Virus record (IMG/VR): IMGVR_UViG_3300017752_004327
Location: 1-56,985 of that record
Strand: one strand, 5' to 3'
Source: a virus
Taxonomy: Duplodnaviria > Caudoviricetes
Length of the DNA stretch: 56,985 nt
The position numbers and the translations under genes were made by a program. The notes beneath the pieces are model-generated. The model was given only the letters and a program-made list of their open reading frames with translations, made no database searches and was not told the origin of the DNA. Shown piece after piece: positions 19,380-29,480 of this stretch; position 1 is the first letter of the stretch; each line of letters begins with the position of its first letter.

Positions 19380-19575
19380 TAGTTTGTCCTTTAATCTGTC
19401 TTACTCTACTGTTGAGCCACCCAATAGCGGTATTAATGTGGCCAGTGTCTTGCGGCCTTAGTTGTTTAGTTGCATATTCTATCTCATCTTCAAGAATCTC
19501 TATACGCATCATATCTCTAAATAATCTGTTCTTATCCTCAGAACGGGAGTTCTGGTTCTTCGTCATCAAGTTCAC
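19372..19575 (-). CDS. Hypothetical protein
   Basis: Short ORF with L-x-P-x-DTGHINTAI motif, packed in the operon. Confidence 0.65.
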   Translation of the reverse strand: MNLMTKNQNSRSEDKNRLFRDMMRIEILEDEIEYATKQLRPQDTGHINTAIGWLNSRVRQIKGQTND

Positions 19576-19924
19576 ATAACCTTTCTATGCTCTTATAGTG
19601 TTCGTATGCTTTTTGTAACGCTTGAAACTTTTCAAGTTTTGCAGGATCAGGTACTAAAATGTTTAGCCTGTTCTCAATTGCTTCAAGTCGTTTTTTCATA
19701 GCATCATTAGTATATATAGATGAAGGACTAGTAGTAAAACTATCGTCCCAACTGCTTGTGTCTACTGTAATATTGTCATCAGTATAGCACCAGTCTGTAC
19801 CTGTGTCAAGAACATTTCCAGTATCAAATGTAAAATTATTATTTAATGTTATGGTAGAGCCAGAAGCCCCACCATAACTGCAATCGTCTAAAGTGATTGT
19901 ATACTTGTCTGATTCATCATCCAT
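19538..19924 (-). CDS. Hypothetical protein
   Basis: Thr/Ser/Asp-rich N-terminus, C-terminal RL.IL.PD..K...LQKAYEHYK. Confidence 0.7.
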   Translation of the reverse strand: MDDESDKYTITLDDCSYGGASGSTITLNNNFTFDTGNVLDTGTDWCYTDDNITVDTSSWDDSFTTSPSSIYTNDAMKKRLEAIENRLNILVPDPAKLEKFQALQKAYEHYKSIERLCELDDEEPELPF

Positions 19925-20111
19925 TTAACTTAGACTCTTTGCGAGAGTTTTTAGTTTCAGTGATTTCCTTACGTCTTTCTTTGATAGCCTTGCCCATTGC
20001 TTGTAAAGCCTTTCTTGCGCGAGTTCCAGCAGCACCATTGCCTGCTTCAAATTTCTCATCCTCAGCAAGGAAGTCTTCCATTGCTGCTTTGATAGCGTCT
20101 GTATTTGACAT
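19917..20111 (-). CDS. Hc1-like small basic nucleoid protein
   Basis: GN-x-AAGTRARKAL..M....KE-R-K motif of the Hc1 family; AGGAG SD. Confidence 0.75.
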   Translation of the reverse strand: MSNTDAIKAAMEDFLAEDEKFEAGNGAAGTRARKALQAMGKAIKERRKEITETKNSRKESKLNG

Positions 20112-20154
20112 ATTATTTTTCTCCTAATAATAAAATGAACCTTATTTGTTCTTT

Positions 20155-20183
20155 ATTATATAAGCCTAGAATGCAATTGTCAA
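20155..20183 (-). promoter_or_regulatory. Sigma70-type early promoter
   Basis: TTGACA (20183-20178) - 17 nt - TATAAT (20160-20155). Confidence 0.85.
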
Positions 20184-20210
20184 GTTATATTGTGGTTAAA
20201 TATGCTTATA

Positions 20211-21191
20211 ATGAATGATTTTACACTTATACCGTTTCAAAACATAGTAAGTTTTGGACAGAAAACTATGTTAGACCAGCCTTTATTCAATGTAAGTTGG
20301 ATACTTGGTCGCTTCTGTAATTACAGTTGTAGTTACTGTTGGCCGTATGCTAGAACGGATAAACCGGATCATCAAGGACTAGAAGTCTACAAAAACACGA
20401 TAGATGAAATCAAACGGCAGGCGAGAGAAAATGGTTTTACTGAATTCCATTTTAGTTTTAGTGGAGGCGAGCCTACTGCGTACAAAAACTTTGGAGAGCT
20501 CGTAGAGCATTACTGTAGTGATACAGCAGCACCTTATCAAAGTATTCATATGACCACTAATCTATCGCCAGGTAGCAAATGGTGGGCTAGATGGATAGAG
20601 TCAACTAGCCAACTACAACGTAGAAGTATCACTGCTAGTTTCCATTCTGAGTTTGCCAAAGAGCAAGAGTTTGGAGACAAGTGCTTACAACTTATAAATG
20701 AAGGAGTATTAGTTACTATCAACCAAGTAATGGTTCCTGACCATTTTGATGAATACTACGAAAGATGTCAACGGTTTTCAGATAGGGGTATTAACGTAAC
20801 ACTCAAACCACAAAGTGATCCAACTGCAAGTTTTATTGTTGATGGATACACTATGAACCAACATTTGAAAATGCAAGAACAATTTCCACAACACATCAAA
20901 GGCGAACAAGTAATGCAGATGTATTTTGAAGACCACAAAGGTAATGACTACGGATTGGATCAAGCAGAAAGAATGAATGCTTTTAACTTCAATAAGTTCA
21001 AAGGATGGAAATGCGCAGCAGGGTATCAAAGTTGCGTTATAAGGGGTGGTGAAGTTAAAAGGGCATATAGTTGTGCGGAAGAACCTTTAGGTACGCTACA
21101 AGACGGTTTTACGCTGTTTAAGACACCATCTAAGTGTATAACTAGTACCTGTGTTAGCTCTGCAGACAGTAAGATACCAAAATCGAAATGA
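20211..21191 (+). CDS. Radical SAM enzyme with C-terminal SPASM/twitch-like Cys region
   Basis: CNYSCSYC, SGGEPT, C-terminal WKCAAG..C...C..C; ATG 20211 lies 8 nt after TAAATA. Confidence 0.9.
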   Translation: MNDFTLIPFQNIVSFGQKTMLDQPLFNVSWILGRFCNYSCSYCWPYARTDKPDHQGLEVYKNTIDEIKRQARENGFTEFHFSFSGGEPTAYKNFGELVEHYCSDTAAPYQSIHMTTNLSPGSKWWARWIESTSQLQRRSITASFHSEFAKEQEFGDKCLQLINEGVLVTINQVMVPDHFDEYYERCQRFSDRGINVTLKPQSDPTASFIVDGYTMNQHLKMQEQFPQHIKGEQVMQMYFEDHKGNDYGLDQAERMNAFNFNKFKGWKCAAGYQSCVIRGGEVKRAYSCAEEPLGTLQDGFTLFKTPSKCITSTCVSSADSKIPKSK

Positions 21192-21796
21192 ATATAGATA
21201 TACAAGATATAAAATTTTGGATGGATGCAATTCGCAACAGCGATGATAGAAGCCGTACACTTGATAGTTTTTGGGGCGGCCAACTACAATCCAAAGAATG
21301 GTTAATACAAGCCTTAGAAAAGAAATCACGTATTGCCAATGCAAGGATTGTAATATTTGGCGGATGGAATGGTGTACTTGCAAGTATGCTGTTTAACAGT
21401 GACGTAGGTGTTAAGAATATTACTAGTGTAGACATTGATCCTACGTGTGAAGAAATTGCACGAACTATGAATAAGCGACAAGAAATGGAAGGTAAATTTG
21501 TAGCAGTCACAGAAGATATGTGTAACTTTTATTACCATTCAAAACCTGATATCGTAATTAATACTAGTTGTGAACATATGACAAAAGCAAAGTATAAAAA
21601 GTGGTTGCGAAATGTTCCGAAAGACTGTAAAATAGTACTACAAAGTAATGATTACAAAGAACTAGATGAACACATAAATTGTGTATCATCACTTAGTGAA
21701 TTTAAAAAAACAAGTGGTCTTGATTCTATTATGGAAGAAGGCGAATTACAATTACAGAAGTATAAAAGATTTATGCTAATAGGACACAAACATTAA
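21188..21796 (+). CDS. Class I SAM-dependent methyltransferase
   Basis: VIFGGWNG motif I, SVDID, DIVINTSCEH. Confidence 0.8.
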   Translation: MNIDIQDIKFWMDAIRNSDDRSRTLDSFWGGQLQSKEWLIQALEKKSRIANARIVIFGGWNGVLASMLFNSDVGVKNITSVDIDPTCEEIARTMNKRQEMEGKFVAVTEDMCNFYYHSKPDIVINTSCEHMTKAKYKKWLRNVPKDCKIVLQSNDYKELDEHINCVSSLSEFKKTSGLDSIMEEGELQLQKYKRFMLIGHKH

Positions 21797-22794
21797 TGTA
21801 TGCATTAGATGAAATAAGATCAATACATCTTGAAGTTACATCTAAGTGTCAGGCCAAGTGTCCGATGTGTCCACGTAGAATACAAGGTGGTCCATTATTA
21901 GATACGCTTTACCTAGAAGAGATTGATTTAGAAACCTTTGTTAATTGGTTTCCAAAGGACTTCGTAAGGCAGTTAGATGATTTGAATATGTGTGGAAATT
22001 TAGGCGATCCTATTATTGCAAAAGACACACTGGAAATATATAGATATTTAAGAGAAACAAATCCTTCAATGCATTTACAGATGCACACTAATGGAAGTGC
22101 AAGATCTTTTAGTTGGTGGAAAGAACTTGCAAGTTTAAATGTACGGGTAGTATTTGGTATAGATGGATTAGCGGATACACACGCACTATATAGAGTGAAT
22201 ACTGACTTTCTCAAGATTATACAAAATGCGAAAGCATTTATCTCTGCTGGAGGTGATGCACGTTGGGATATGCTAGTGTTCAAACATAATGAACACCAGG
22301 TACACGATTGTGAAACTATGAGTAAAAACTTAGGATTTACACATTTCTACACAAAGCATACTAGTAGATTCAGAGATGGTAAACTAGATGTTATAGATGA
22401 TAATTACAATGTAACGCACACATTGTATCCAACAACTCACAGTGATAAAAACAGTGAAGGTGTTGAACAAGCAAAACAAGATGTGTTACCAAACATTAGT
22501 TGTAAAGCACAAACAAACAATCAAATATATGTTACTGCTAATGGCGGTGTAAGTGCTTGCTGTTGGTTAGACTTAGAATGGGTTCCGCAGCATAGTTTTT
22601 CTCGTATTGATTATATGAGCAAAGTTAAAGAATATCCTAATCTAAATAATAAAAGTCTAAGCGAGATATTTGCAAGTGGCTTTTTTAGTAAAATATCAAG
22701 TTGTTGGACAACAACAGGTTTGAAAGAATGCACCAAGCAGTGCGGCAACTTTGATAAATTAAATAAACAGTTTGTAGAGGTGAAACAACAGTGA
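21796..22794 (+). CDS. Radical SAM enzyme with C-terminal SPASM/twitch domain
   Basis: CQAKCPMCPR, CGNLGDP, HTNG, GIDG, C-terminal C...G.V..CC...C...CG. Confidence 0.9.
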   Translation: MYALDEIRSIHLEVTSKCQAKCPMCPRRIQGGPLLDTLYLEEIDLETFVNWFPKDFVRQLDDLNMCGNLGDPIIAKDTLEIYRYLRETNPSMHLQMHTNGSARSFSWWKELASLNVRVVFGIDGLADTHALYRVNTDFLKIIQNAKAFISAGGDARWDMLVFKHNEHQVHDCETMSKNLGFTHFYTKHTSRFRDGKLDVIDDNYNVTHTLYPTTHSDKNSEGVEQAKQDVLPNISCKAQTNNQIYVTANGGVSACCWLDLEWVPQHSFSRIDYMSKVKEYPNLNNKSLSEIFASGFFSKISSCWTTTGLKECTKQCGNFDKLNKQFVEVKQQ

Positions 22795-24113
22795 CTACTA
22801 GTAAAACTTTTTGCCCGTTACCGTGGATACATATGGCTACGAGACCTAACGGTGATGTTAGAGTCTGTTGTACAGCCAATGCTAGTGGTGCAGGAACAAA
22901 AGATAATAAAACAGCAGGCCTTGTAAAGAAAGATGGTATCGCTATGAACTTGCGAGATCATAGTATTGAAGAAGTATGGAATAGCGAACATATGCGTAAT
23001 ACAAGATTGCAAATGTTAAACGGTGAAGTACCTGTAAGTTGTACCAAATGCTTTGAAGAAGAAAGCAATGGAGTAGTAAGTAAAAGACAATGGGAAACAC
23101 GTGAATGGAAAGGAAAAATTAATATGGAAAACCTTGTTGATAAAACACAAGAAGATGGTAGTTTGGAAGTTGACATTCCGTACTTTGATTTACGTTTAGG
23201 AAATGTATGTAACTTGAAGTGTACTATGTGTTCACCGCACGATAGTTCCAGTTGGATCAAAGACTGGAAACTACAACAACCTGAATATAAAGATCCACTG
23301 CTTGCAAGCGATCAAGATTGGGATCAAAACTTTGATTACACTTGGTACAAGAAAGGAAGTTTCCTTGAAAGTATGATGGAACAGGCCGGTAACATTCAAC
23401 AGTTATACTTTGCAGGCGGAGAGCCATTAATGATTCCAGAGCATTGGAAAATTTTACAAGAATTAATTGCAGAAGGTCACGCAAAAAATATTAAGTTAAG
23501 ATACAACACTAATGGACATCCAGACAGTGCTATGAAGGCTGTAAACTATTGGAACCATTTTAAAGAAGTAGTTGTTAATTTTAGTCTTGATGGTACACAA
23601 TATGTAAACTCATACATTAGATATCCTAGTGATTGGCTTCAAACAATAGCATCATTACGATATATGGTTAATCAAGTAGACAAAAAACATCAGGTTAATA
23701 TTGCGTGTGCAGTACAAGCACTTAACGCACTTGATCTTGTAGATCTTGTAGATTGGAGTATAAAGAGAAATGATGTCAATAACAAAAGAACACATATGGC
23801 TGCGCCTTTCATAAACACGCATTTAGTATACTTCCCAAGTTATATGAATATCAAAGTGCTGCCTATGGAAATTAAAAATCAAGTACGAAGAAAGATTGAA
23901 GATTTTATTATACGCAACAGTAAAGACAAATACTTCAACGATCATCCAATGGGCAAACAACGTTGGGAAGGAATTATTAAGTTTATGTATTCAGAAGATT
24001 GGAGTGATAAACTTCCTGCACTAGTTGAGTATCTAGGCAGTTGTGATAAAACAAGAGGAACTAACTGGAGAGAAACATTTCCAGAGTTAGCGGCAGCAAT
24101 TGATGGACAATAA
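22791..24113 (+). CDS. Radical SAM enzyme with N-terminal twitch-like domain
   Basis: CPLPW..G.VRVCC..CTKC, then CNLKCTMC, FAGGEPL, YNTNG, SLDG. Confidence 0.9.
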   Translation: MTTSKTFCPLPWIHMATRPNGDVRVCCTANASGAGTKDNKTAGLVKKDGIAMNLRDHSIEEVWNSEHMRNTRLQMLNGEVPVSCTKCFEEESNGVVSKRQWETREWKGKINMENLVDKTQEDGSLEVDIPYFDLRLGNVCNLKCTMCSPHDSSSWIKDWKLQQPEYKDPLLASDQDWDQNFDYTWYKKGSFLESMMEQAGNIQQLYFAGGEPLMIPEHWKILQELIAEGHAKNIKLRYNTNGHPDSAMKAVNYWNHFKEVVVNFSLDGTQYVNSYIRYPSDWLQTIASLRYMVNQVDKKHQVNIACAVQALNALDLVDLVDWSIKRNDVNNKRTHMAAPFINTHLVYFPSYMNIKVLPMEIKNQVRRKIEDFIIRNSKDKYFNDHPMGKQRWEGIIKFMYSEDWSDKLPALVEYLGSCDKTRGTNWRETFPELAAAIDGQ

Positions 24114-24759
24114 TGAAATAGAAAGAGCATTGCGTTGGCAAAGTCTAGTAAACTTAGGCAACCAGGTTAAACTGAAATGGAGTATAGACCATTATGCTGT
24201 TGAGAAACAGTTAGAGCAGTTTAACAACAACTGGTGTCCTTACAATGCAAAGAAAGATACACACAACAATCGTTGGGGATTACCTATTACAAGTCATACA
24301 GGCGATGTTATGGACAACTATCATCTTAATAGTTTTGGCCATATGCAAAAGTATCACGATGTAGAAATGAAGGAAGAAAACTTTAATACTCCTACTGAAG
24401 TGTATCATAAGATTCCTGAACTTAAAAAATTAGTTGATCTATTCAATCCAGATATTGGCCGTGTACACCTAGTACGTGTAGACCAAGGAGGATTCTTTCC
24501 TCCACACAGAGATTTCCACGGTACTAGTCCAGAGTATTTTAGACTGTTAGTTGTATTTGGACGTTGTAGTCCTGAAAACTATGTTCAACTTATTGACGGC
24601 AAACCTTTGTATCCCGAAGCAGGTTACGTATACTTTACTAACTTCCAATTAGATCATAGTGTGTTTAGTTTTAGTGATAATTTGTACAGTCTTATTTTAA
24701 CAGTAAAACTTAATGAGCGTACACAACAACTAATATTAGACAACACGATGGCAGAATGA
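24103..24759 (+). CDS. Asp/Asn beta-hydroxylase-like Fe(II)/2OG oxygenase
   Basis: GRVHLV..GGFFPPHRD (HxD), distal H in DHSVF. Confidence 0.7.
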   Translation: MDNNEIERALRWQSLVNLGNQVKLKWSIDHYAVEKQLEQFNNNWCPYNAKKDTHNNRWGLPITSHTGDVMDNYHLNSFGHMQKYHDVEMKEENFNTPTEVYHKIPELKKLVDLFNPDIGRVHLVRVDQGGFFPPHRDFHGTSPEYFRLLVVFGRCSPENYVQLIDGKPLYPEAGYVYFTNFQLDHSVFSFSDNLYSLILTVKLNERTQQLILDNTMAE

Positions 24760-25661
24760 AGTTAACATATCAACAAAGTTCAAAAGAAAATTGGTTTTTA
24801 GTTAGTTGGACACTGTCTAACAAGTGTAACTATCGCTGCTCCTATTGTCCTGAACATTTACATAGTGGTAGCACAGGACAGCCTCGTTGGGAAACTGTTG
24901 AAAGATTTGTCAAAAATTTTACAGTACCCGGTAAAGACATATGCTATAGATTAAGCGGTGGCGAACCTACATACTGGAAACACTTTATGGATCTTGCTAA
25001 ACTTGTAAAAGCACAAGGGCATACATTTAGTTTTTTAACAAACGGCAGTAGAACTCCTGAATACTATAAAGAGATATCACAACACACTGATGGTTTTATT
25101 ATTTCTTATCATCCGGAGTATGCAGAAGTAACACATATCAAGGAAGTAATTAATGCAAGCGAGTGTCCTGTGTTTATTAATTTGATGCTGGCTCCTGAAA
25201 ATTTTAATGAGATGTTTGACATTGCAGAAGAACTATATCAATGTAGTGATAACGTAACTGTGTGGCCTAAAATAATTTTAGACAAGTCAAATGTAGATGC
25301 TATTACAAACAAACCTGCAAACTACACACAAGAACAACTAGACACTATTGGCAATTGGCCGTACTTTAGAAACTTACCAGATGTTAATTTACACAGAGGT
25401 GAACTAATGTTAGATGAGGCTCCAGTAACAGCAAACAATTTAATTGCCAACAATCAAAATACATTCTATGGTTGGAAGTGTTGGGCAGGACTACATATGA
25501 TTAATGTTGATATGTGGGGCAACATATATAGAGCTGACTGTAAAGAAGGCGGAGCATTAGGTAATATTGAACGCTATAAGTTGCCTACTGAAACTGTGCA
25601 GTGTGGTAAAGCAGTTTGTGCTTGTCTAAGCGATATCTATCTAAGAAAAGAGACTACTTAA
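24756..25661 (+). CDS. Radical SAM enzyme with C-terminal SPASM-like domain
   Basis: CNYRCSYC, SGGEPT, TNGSR, WKCWAG..C..LG..C...CAC. Confidence 0.9.
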   Translation: MKLTYQQSSKENWFLVSWTLSNKCNYRCSYCPEHLHSGSTGQPRWETVERFVKNFTVPGKDICYRLSGGEPTYWKHFMDLAKLVKAQGHTFSFLTNGSRTPEYYKEISQHTDGFIISYHPEYAEVTHIKEVINASECPVFINLMLAPENFNEMFDIAEELYQCSDNVTVWPKIILDKSNVDAITNKPANYTQEQLDTIGNWPYFRNLPDVNLHRGELMLDEAPVTANNLIANNQNTFYGWKCWAGLHMINVDMWGNIYRADCKEGGALGNIERYKLPTETVQCGKAVCACLSDIYLRKETT

Positions 25662-26726
25662 TTCAGGACATACATCAAGTATGTCTGTACCACGCAACTC
25701 ATCTACCTTACGTGTAAAGTCGACAAACTGTTCTAGTTGTATAGGACTGTCTTTGTGTCTGTATCCTGTTCCGTCAAGTATATGTTCAGGCAGTATTTGA
25801 GGATTTAGATAAGCCGGTGTTGTAACTACATTGTTTACATACAATTCGTAGTGCGGTTTTTTAATGCTGTAAAACCAATCTACAATATCTTTAACGTGGC
25901 ACACATTGTACGTCATAATAGTACCTGCAAAAATAAGTCTGTCCATTTTGTCTAGTTGCTGTAAGTTATCTACTAGTTGTTCAAACGGAAAGTTGTCGCC
26001 GCCTCTTATATATTCATACAGTTTGCCGGTGCCTTCAATACTAATGTGCCATTTAGTTTCTTTGAACTGATGTGCTAGTTCATCAAATTCTAAATCTACA
26101 ACAGTACCATTAGTGCTTATATCAAGTGTAATATTTTTTGCAAGATCAAGTTCAATTAGTTTTTGCATAATCTGTTTGTTAGCAGGTTCCATATATGGTT
26201 CACCGCCTTTAATATTAACATACTGTAAGTTCTTAAAATATTGAGGATATTCAAATAGTCTATCTACTATGTCAGGACTTAGATTTCTGTAACCAAAGTC
26301 AGGTTCGTGTATGGGTCGTTGTACGCCCATTTTGTCTAGTTTTAAATCTTCTTTGATCCAAGCAGTACTGTTTACACCACTACACATTCTGCACTTGAGA
26401 TTACACAGATTACTCATATTAAATTCTAAGAAATATATGTCATTTCGTAAGTTGCTCTCTGGTTTTAGCATAGGATTTAGAACTTGTTCAAAAAACTTTC
26501 TTCTGCTATGTCCGTTGGTGCTTTCTTTCAGTGTACATTGTGAACAGTTACTAGGAAACTGTCCTGATGCAATTGTACGTTGTGTATGTATCAATCCAGG
26601 ATTTCGTAAAATAGTAGGCAAGTCTTCCTTGAGTAAGTTACCGTGACGTCCTGTATAAACGCAGTCCGGTACAACATCTCCGTTGAATCTAATACTAAGA
26701 GCGTGCCAAGGTGCATAACACTTCAT
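25641..26726 (-). CDS. Radical SAM enzyme with N-terminal twitch-like domain
   Basis: CYAPW..G..PDC..CSQC, CNLKCRMC, KGGEP, STNG, SIEG. Confidence 0.9.
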   Translation of the reverse strand: MKCYAPWHALSIRFNGDVVPDCVYTGRHGNLLKEDLPTILRNPGLIHTQRTIASGQFPSNCSQCTLKESTNGHSRRKFFEQVLNPMLKPESNLRNDIYFLEFNMSNLCNLKCRMCSGVNSTAWIKEDLKLDKMGVQRPIHEPDFGYRNLSPDIVDRLFEYPQYFKNLQYVNIKGGEPYMEPANKQIMQKLIELDLAKNITLDISTNGTVVDLEFDELAHQFKETKWHISIEGTGKLYEYIRGGDNFPFEQLVDNLQQLDKMDRLIFAGTIMTYNVCHVKDIVDWFYSIKKPHYELYVNNVVTTPAYLNPQILPEHILDGTGYRHKDSPIQLEQFVDFTRKVDELRGTDILDVCPELSSLFS

Positions 26727-27840
26727 ATGTCAAGTCCTCCTTAATATGATACAACTGATGCTGCGAAGAAATAGTGTCGTAACCTATTACACAAAGTTTG
26801 TCATTGTGTATAATTGGTCTTCCAAATAACGTGTGTTCAAAAAATATACTTTGTATTTCATCTCCATCTTTGTTTATTCTAAATATAGGACAACTAGGAG
26901 TTCCGGCTGGCATAAAATACGCATACCCTTTGTATTCAATACCACTGCGATATCTATACTTGCCGCCGTGTGTAATGCCGATATCAAACTGTTTGCTTTC
27001 TTTTGTAACAGTATTAAATACCAGTCCCCAATTACTTTCCCCGTGTTCTGTTCCATAAGGTAGTGCAACTATATTATCGCCTACAAGCACACCACCGTTA
27101 TATTTTTTAGCAAAGTCTACTCCGTTCATATTATGATATGTAGCAGTGTTTGTTTCTGTATCAAACTCTACAATAGTGTTAAGTCCTTTAGTTTCTCCAA
27201 ATGGTAAACTGTATAGTGTTTTATCTTTAACAACAATATCGCTGTATTTTCTAGTAATATTAGGATCAACTTCTAGTTCGTAACTTGCAAACTTTTCTCC
27301 ATCAAAACTTAATAAACTTGTGTATCCTGGTTCGTCACCTCTTGGCATACTCCAGTATCGCCCATTGCAATATACTGTACCCATATGCAGTTTTTTACCT
27401 TGATAGGGTAACGGGTGTATAGATAGTTTTCCGTCTTTGATATAGATAGCATTGTTTGTGCCTTCGTACCCTAATGGAAAACTAAAAGCAGTATTCCATT
27501 CATAGTTTGTTGCTACACTGTAGTATTGTCCTTTGCCTGTAAACGGTAGTTTATGTTTTACAATTGCGCCAGGTTTTATTTCAGTAACAATGTTAAGGTC
27601 ATCATATATTCCGTAGGGTATAAGCCAAGCACTATCTCCTAAGACTGCAACAGCATTTGTTTTACTAGTACTAGGTGGTAAATCTAAATCAACACACTTT
27701 CCATCTATCCATACATCGCTGTAACTTTTACACAAGTTAGTAGCAAACGGAGGACTTAATAACTTGCCGTTATAATTAAAAAGTAATAGATGTTTAATCT
27801 TAGTTTCTTTATAATGATCTTGAAATTCTTTATATGCCAT
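26695..27840 (-). CDS. Beta-propeller (Kelch-like) repeat protein
   Basis: About 6 repeats of K(Y/L)...(Y/W)xxP(Y/F/R/L)G...hhxhD. Confidence 0.6.
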   Translation of the reverse strand: MAYKEFQDHYKETKIKHLLLFNYNGKLLSPPFATNLCKSYSDVWIDGKCVDLDLPPSTSKTNAVAVLGDSAWLIPYGIYDDLNIVTEIKPGAIVKHKLPFTGKGQYYSVATNYEWNTAFSFPLGYEGTNNAIYIKDGKLSIHPLPYQGKKLHMGTVYCNGRYWSMPRGDEPGYTSLLSFDGEKFASYELEVDPNITRKYSDIVVKDKTLYSLPFGETKGLNTIVEFDTETNTATYHNMNGVDFAKKYNGGVLVGDNIVALPYGTEHGESNWGLVFNTVTKESKQFDIGITHGGKYRYRSGIEYKGYAYFMPAGTPSCPIFRINKDGDEIQSIFFEHTLFGRPIIHNDKLCVIGYDTISSQHQLYHIKEDLTYEVLCTLARS

Positions 27841-29065
27841 TTAGATCTACCGTTTTAATTACTTGTTCTTTTACTGTATCAAATATTAGCACAGTTTGAA
27901 ATGTATCACTTTCACCATATGGAAATGCAAATATAACATCGTCTTTAATTACACAATTATTATATTTTTCTATTGTTGTACTATCTTTAAAATATTCTTT
28001 TACATCGACTGTATAAAAATCATTTGTATTAGTATCTACAACTAATACTTCTGCAAGATCACCTTGACTTTTCCAAGTGTCTTCAGGCTCGCATACACAG
28101 CCGCCACGTGGTATGTAGTATATTTTACCTTGGCTGTTTTCAACTCCTGCAAAATATTTTTTACTTTCTTTGCCTATACCGAGATCAATAGTTATCCAAG
28201 TATTTGTATCACTGTCAACAACAAGCATTTCGCTCCAATCTTCATCGTGTCCTGCAGGCGGAAAAAATATTTTATTATTGCGTGCTACTGTGTGTGCATA
28301 ATATTTTCTACTGGTTGTTTGCTGTCCTGTTTTATGATACAGCCAACCTGCTTCAGTTTTCATTGCAAGGAAATCAAAAAACTTACTTTCACTGTAAGGT
28401 GGAGCAAAAAGTTTATTACCGACTTTTGCAAGTGTTGTAAACTTTTTATTTGCTGTCCTATCTTTGTCATAGTCTGCCCATACATCACTTAGGTCAACAA
28501 GATTATAATTGTTTTTTAAACAATCATATTCTATTCTGTAAGGAAAAAATGTATCGTGTTTTTCTCCTCTTGGCAATCCGTATATTACACCATCAATCAT
28601 TTGTGTAGTATGCCACATTTTTGTATCTTGTACAGGTATGTCTAGTTGTAATAATTTGTAGGAGTGGTGCGTCATATTAAAGTCTAACACTAGATTATAA
28701 TGTTCGTGTTCGCCATATGGCATAGCAATTATACGGTCTCCGTAAATATGTCCTTGCACATACTTGCCTCGTCCTTTCGCTGCTATCTTAACATATTGTA
28801 CATTATCGTTATTAGTATCCACAATAAGAATACTGCTTTCATTGTAAGGTAAGAAATAAATTAAGTTACGGTGAACTATACCTTTTTGCCATTTTTCTGT
28901 AGAGTCATCTACTTGTAAAGGTATCTTGGTAATCTTATAAGTGTTTGGATCCATCTTTAACATATAGTCGATAGATTCTGTAAGTCCGTAAGGCGGAACA
29001 TATATCATACCGTTGTTTCCAACAGTTGCGTAACTAAATGCTTGCGGGGTCAAATAACTCTCCAA
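27830..29065 (-). CDS. Beta-propeller (Kelch-like) repeat protein
   Basis: About 8 repeats of K(W/Y/F)...IYxxP(Y/R)G...LxxD; start may be TTG 29053 (GGAG SD). Confidence 0.6.
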   Translation of the reverse strand: MESYLTPQAFSYATVGNNGMIYVPPYGLTESIDYMLKMDPNTYKITKIPLQVDDSTEKWQKGIVHRNLIYFLPYNESSILIVDTNNDNVQYVKIAAKGRGKYVQGHIYGDRIIAMPYGEHEHYNLVLDFNMTHHSYKLLQLDIPVQDTKMWHTTQMIDGVIYGLPRGEKHDTFFPYRIEYDCLKNNYNLVDLSDVWADYDKDRTANKKFTTLAKVGNKLFAPPYSESKFFDFLAMKTEAGWLYHKTGQQTTSRKYYAHTVARNNKIFFPPAGHDEDWSEMLVVDSDTNTWITIDLGIGKESKKYFAGVENSQGKIYYIPRGGCVCEPEDTWKSQGDLAEVLVVDTNTNDFYTVDVKEYFKDSTTIEKYNNCVIKDDVIFAFPYGESDTFQTVLIFDTVKEQVIKTVDLNGI

Positions 29066-29480
29066 ATGCTGATTGCAAGTCTGCTTTTAACTTTGTGTAT
29101 ATAGTTTTGGTATCGTATATACCAACGTTGTCCCAATCAACCATACGCATAGTATTACCGTCAACTATAATATTACTTAGTACCCAATCACCGTGTGCAT
29201 ACGGTAGTGTGCTGTTGATTTGATCTACACAAAATTTACACACCTCATCACGGAACTGCGGAGTATGTTTGAATGTACTTGCAGGCTGTCCTAAATATCT
29301 TGTGAAGTCGATATAGTTTTCTCCAACGTACTTGACATAGCCTGGTTGTACCTTGTTTAGCATTTCAGCGTGTTGTTGCATCCACACAGAATCTTTGTCA
29401 TACCAAAACTTTCTAATCGTGTCGCTATCTTTTAAAAATACAGCACGCTTCTTTTGTTTATTTTCTTTAATTAAGTCCAT
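29034..29480 (-). CDS. Minimal protein-kinase-like phosphotransferase
   Basis: HGDWVLSNI catalytic loop and VDWD metal-binding motif in only ~148 aa. Confidence 0.65.
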   Translation of the reverse strand: MDLIKENKQKKRAVFLKDSDTIRKFWYDKDSVWMQQHAEMLNKVQPGYVKYVGENYIDFTRYLGQPASTFKHTPQFRDEVCKFCVDQINSTLPYAHGDWVLSNIIVDGNTMRMVDWDNVGIYDTKTIYTKLKADLQSAFGELFDPASI

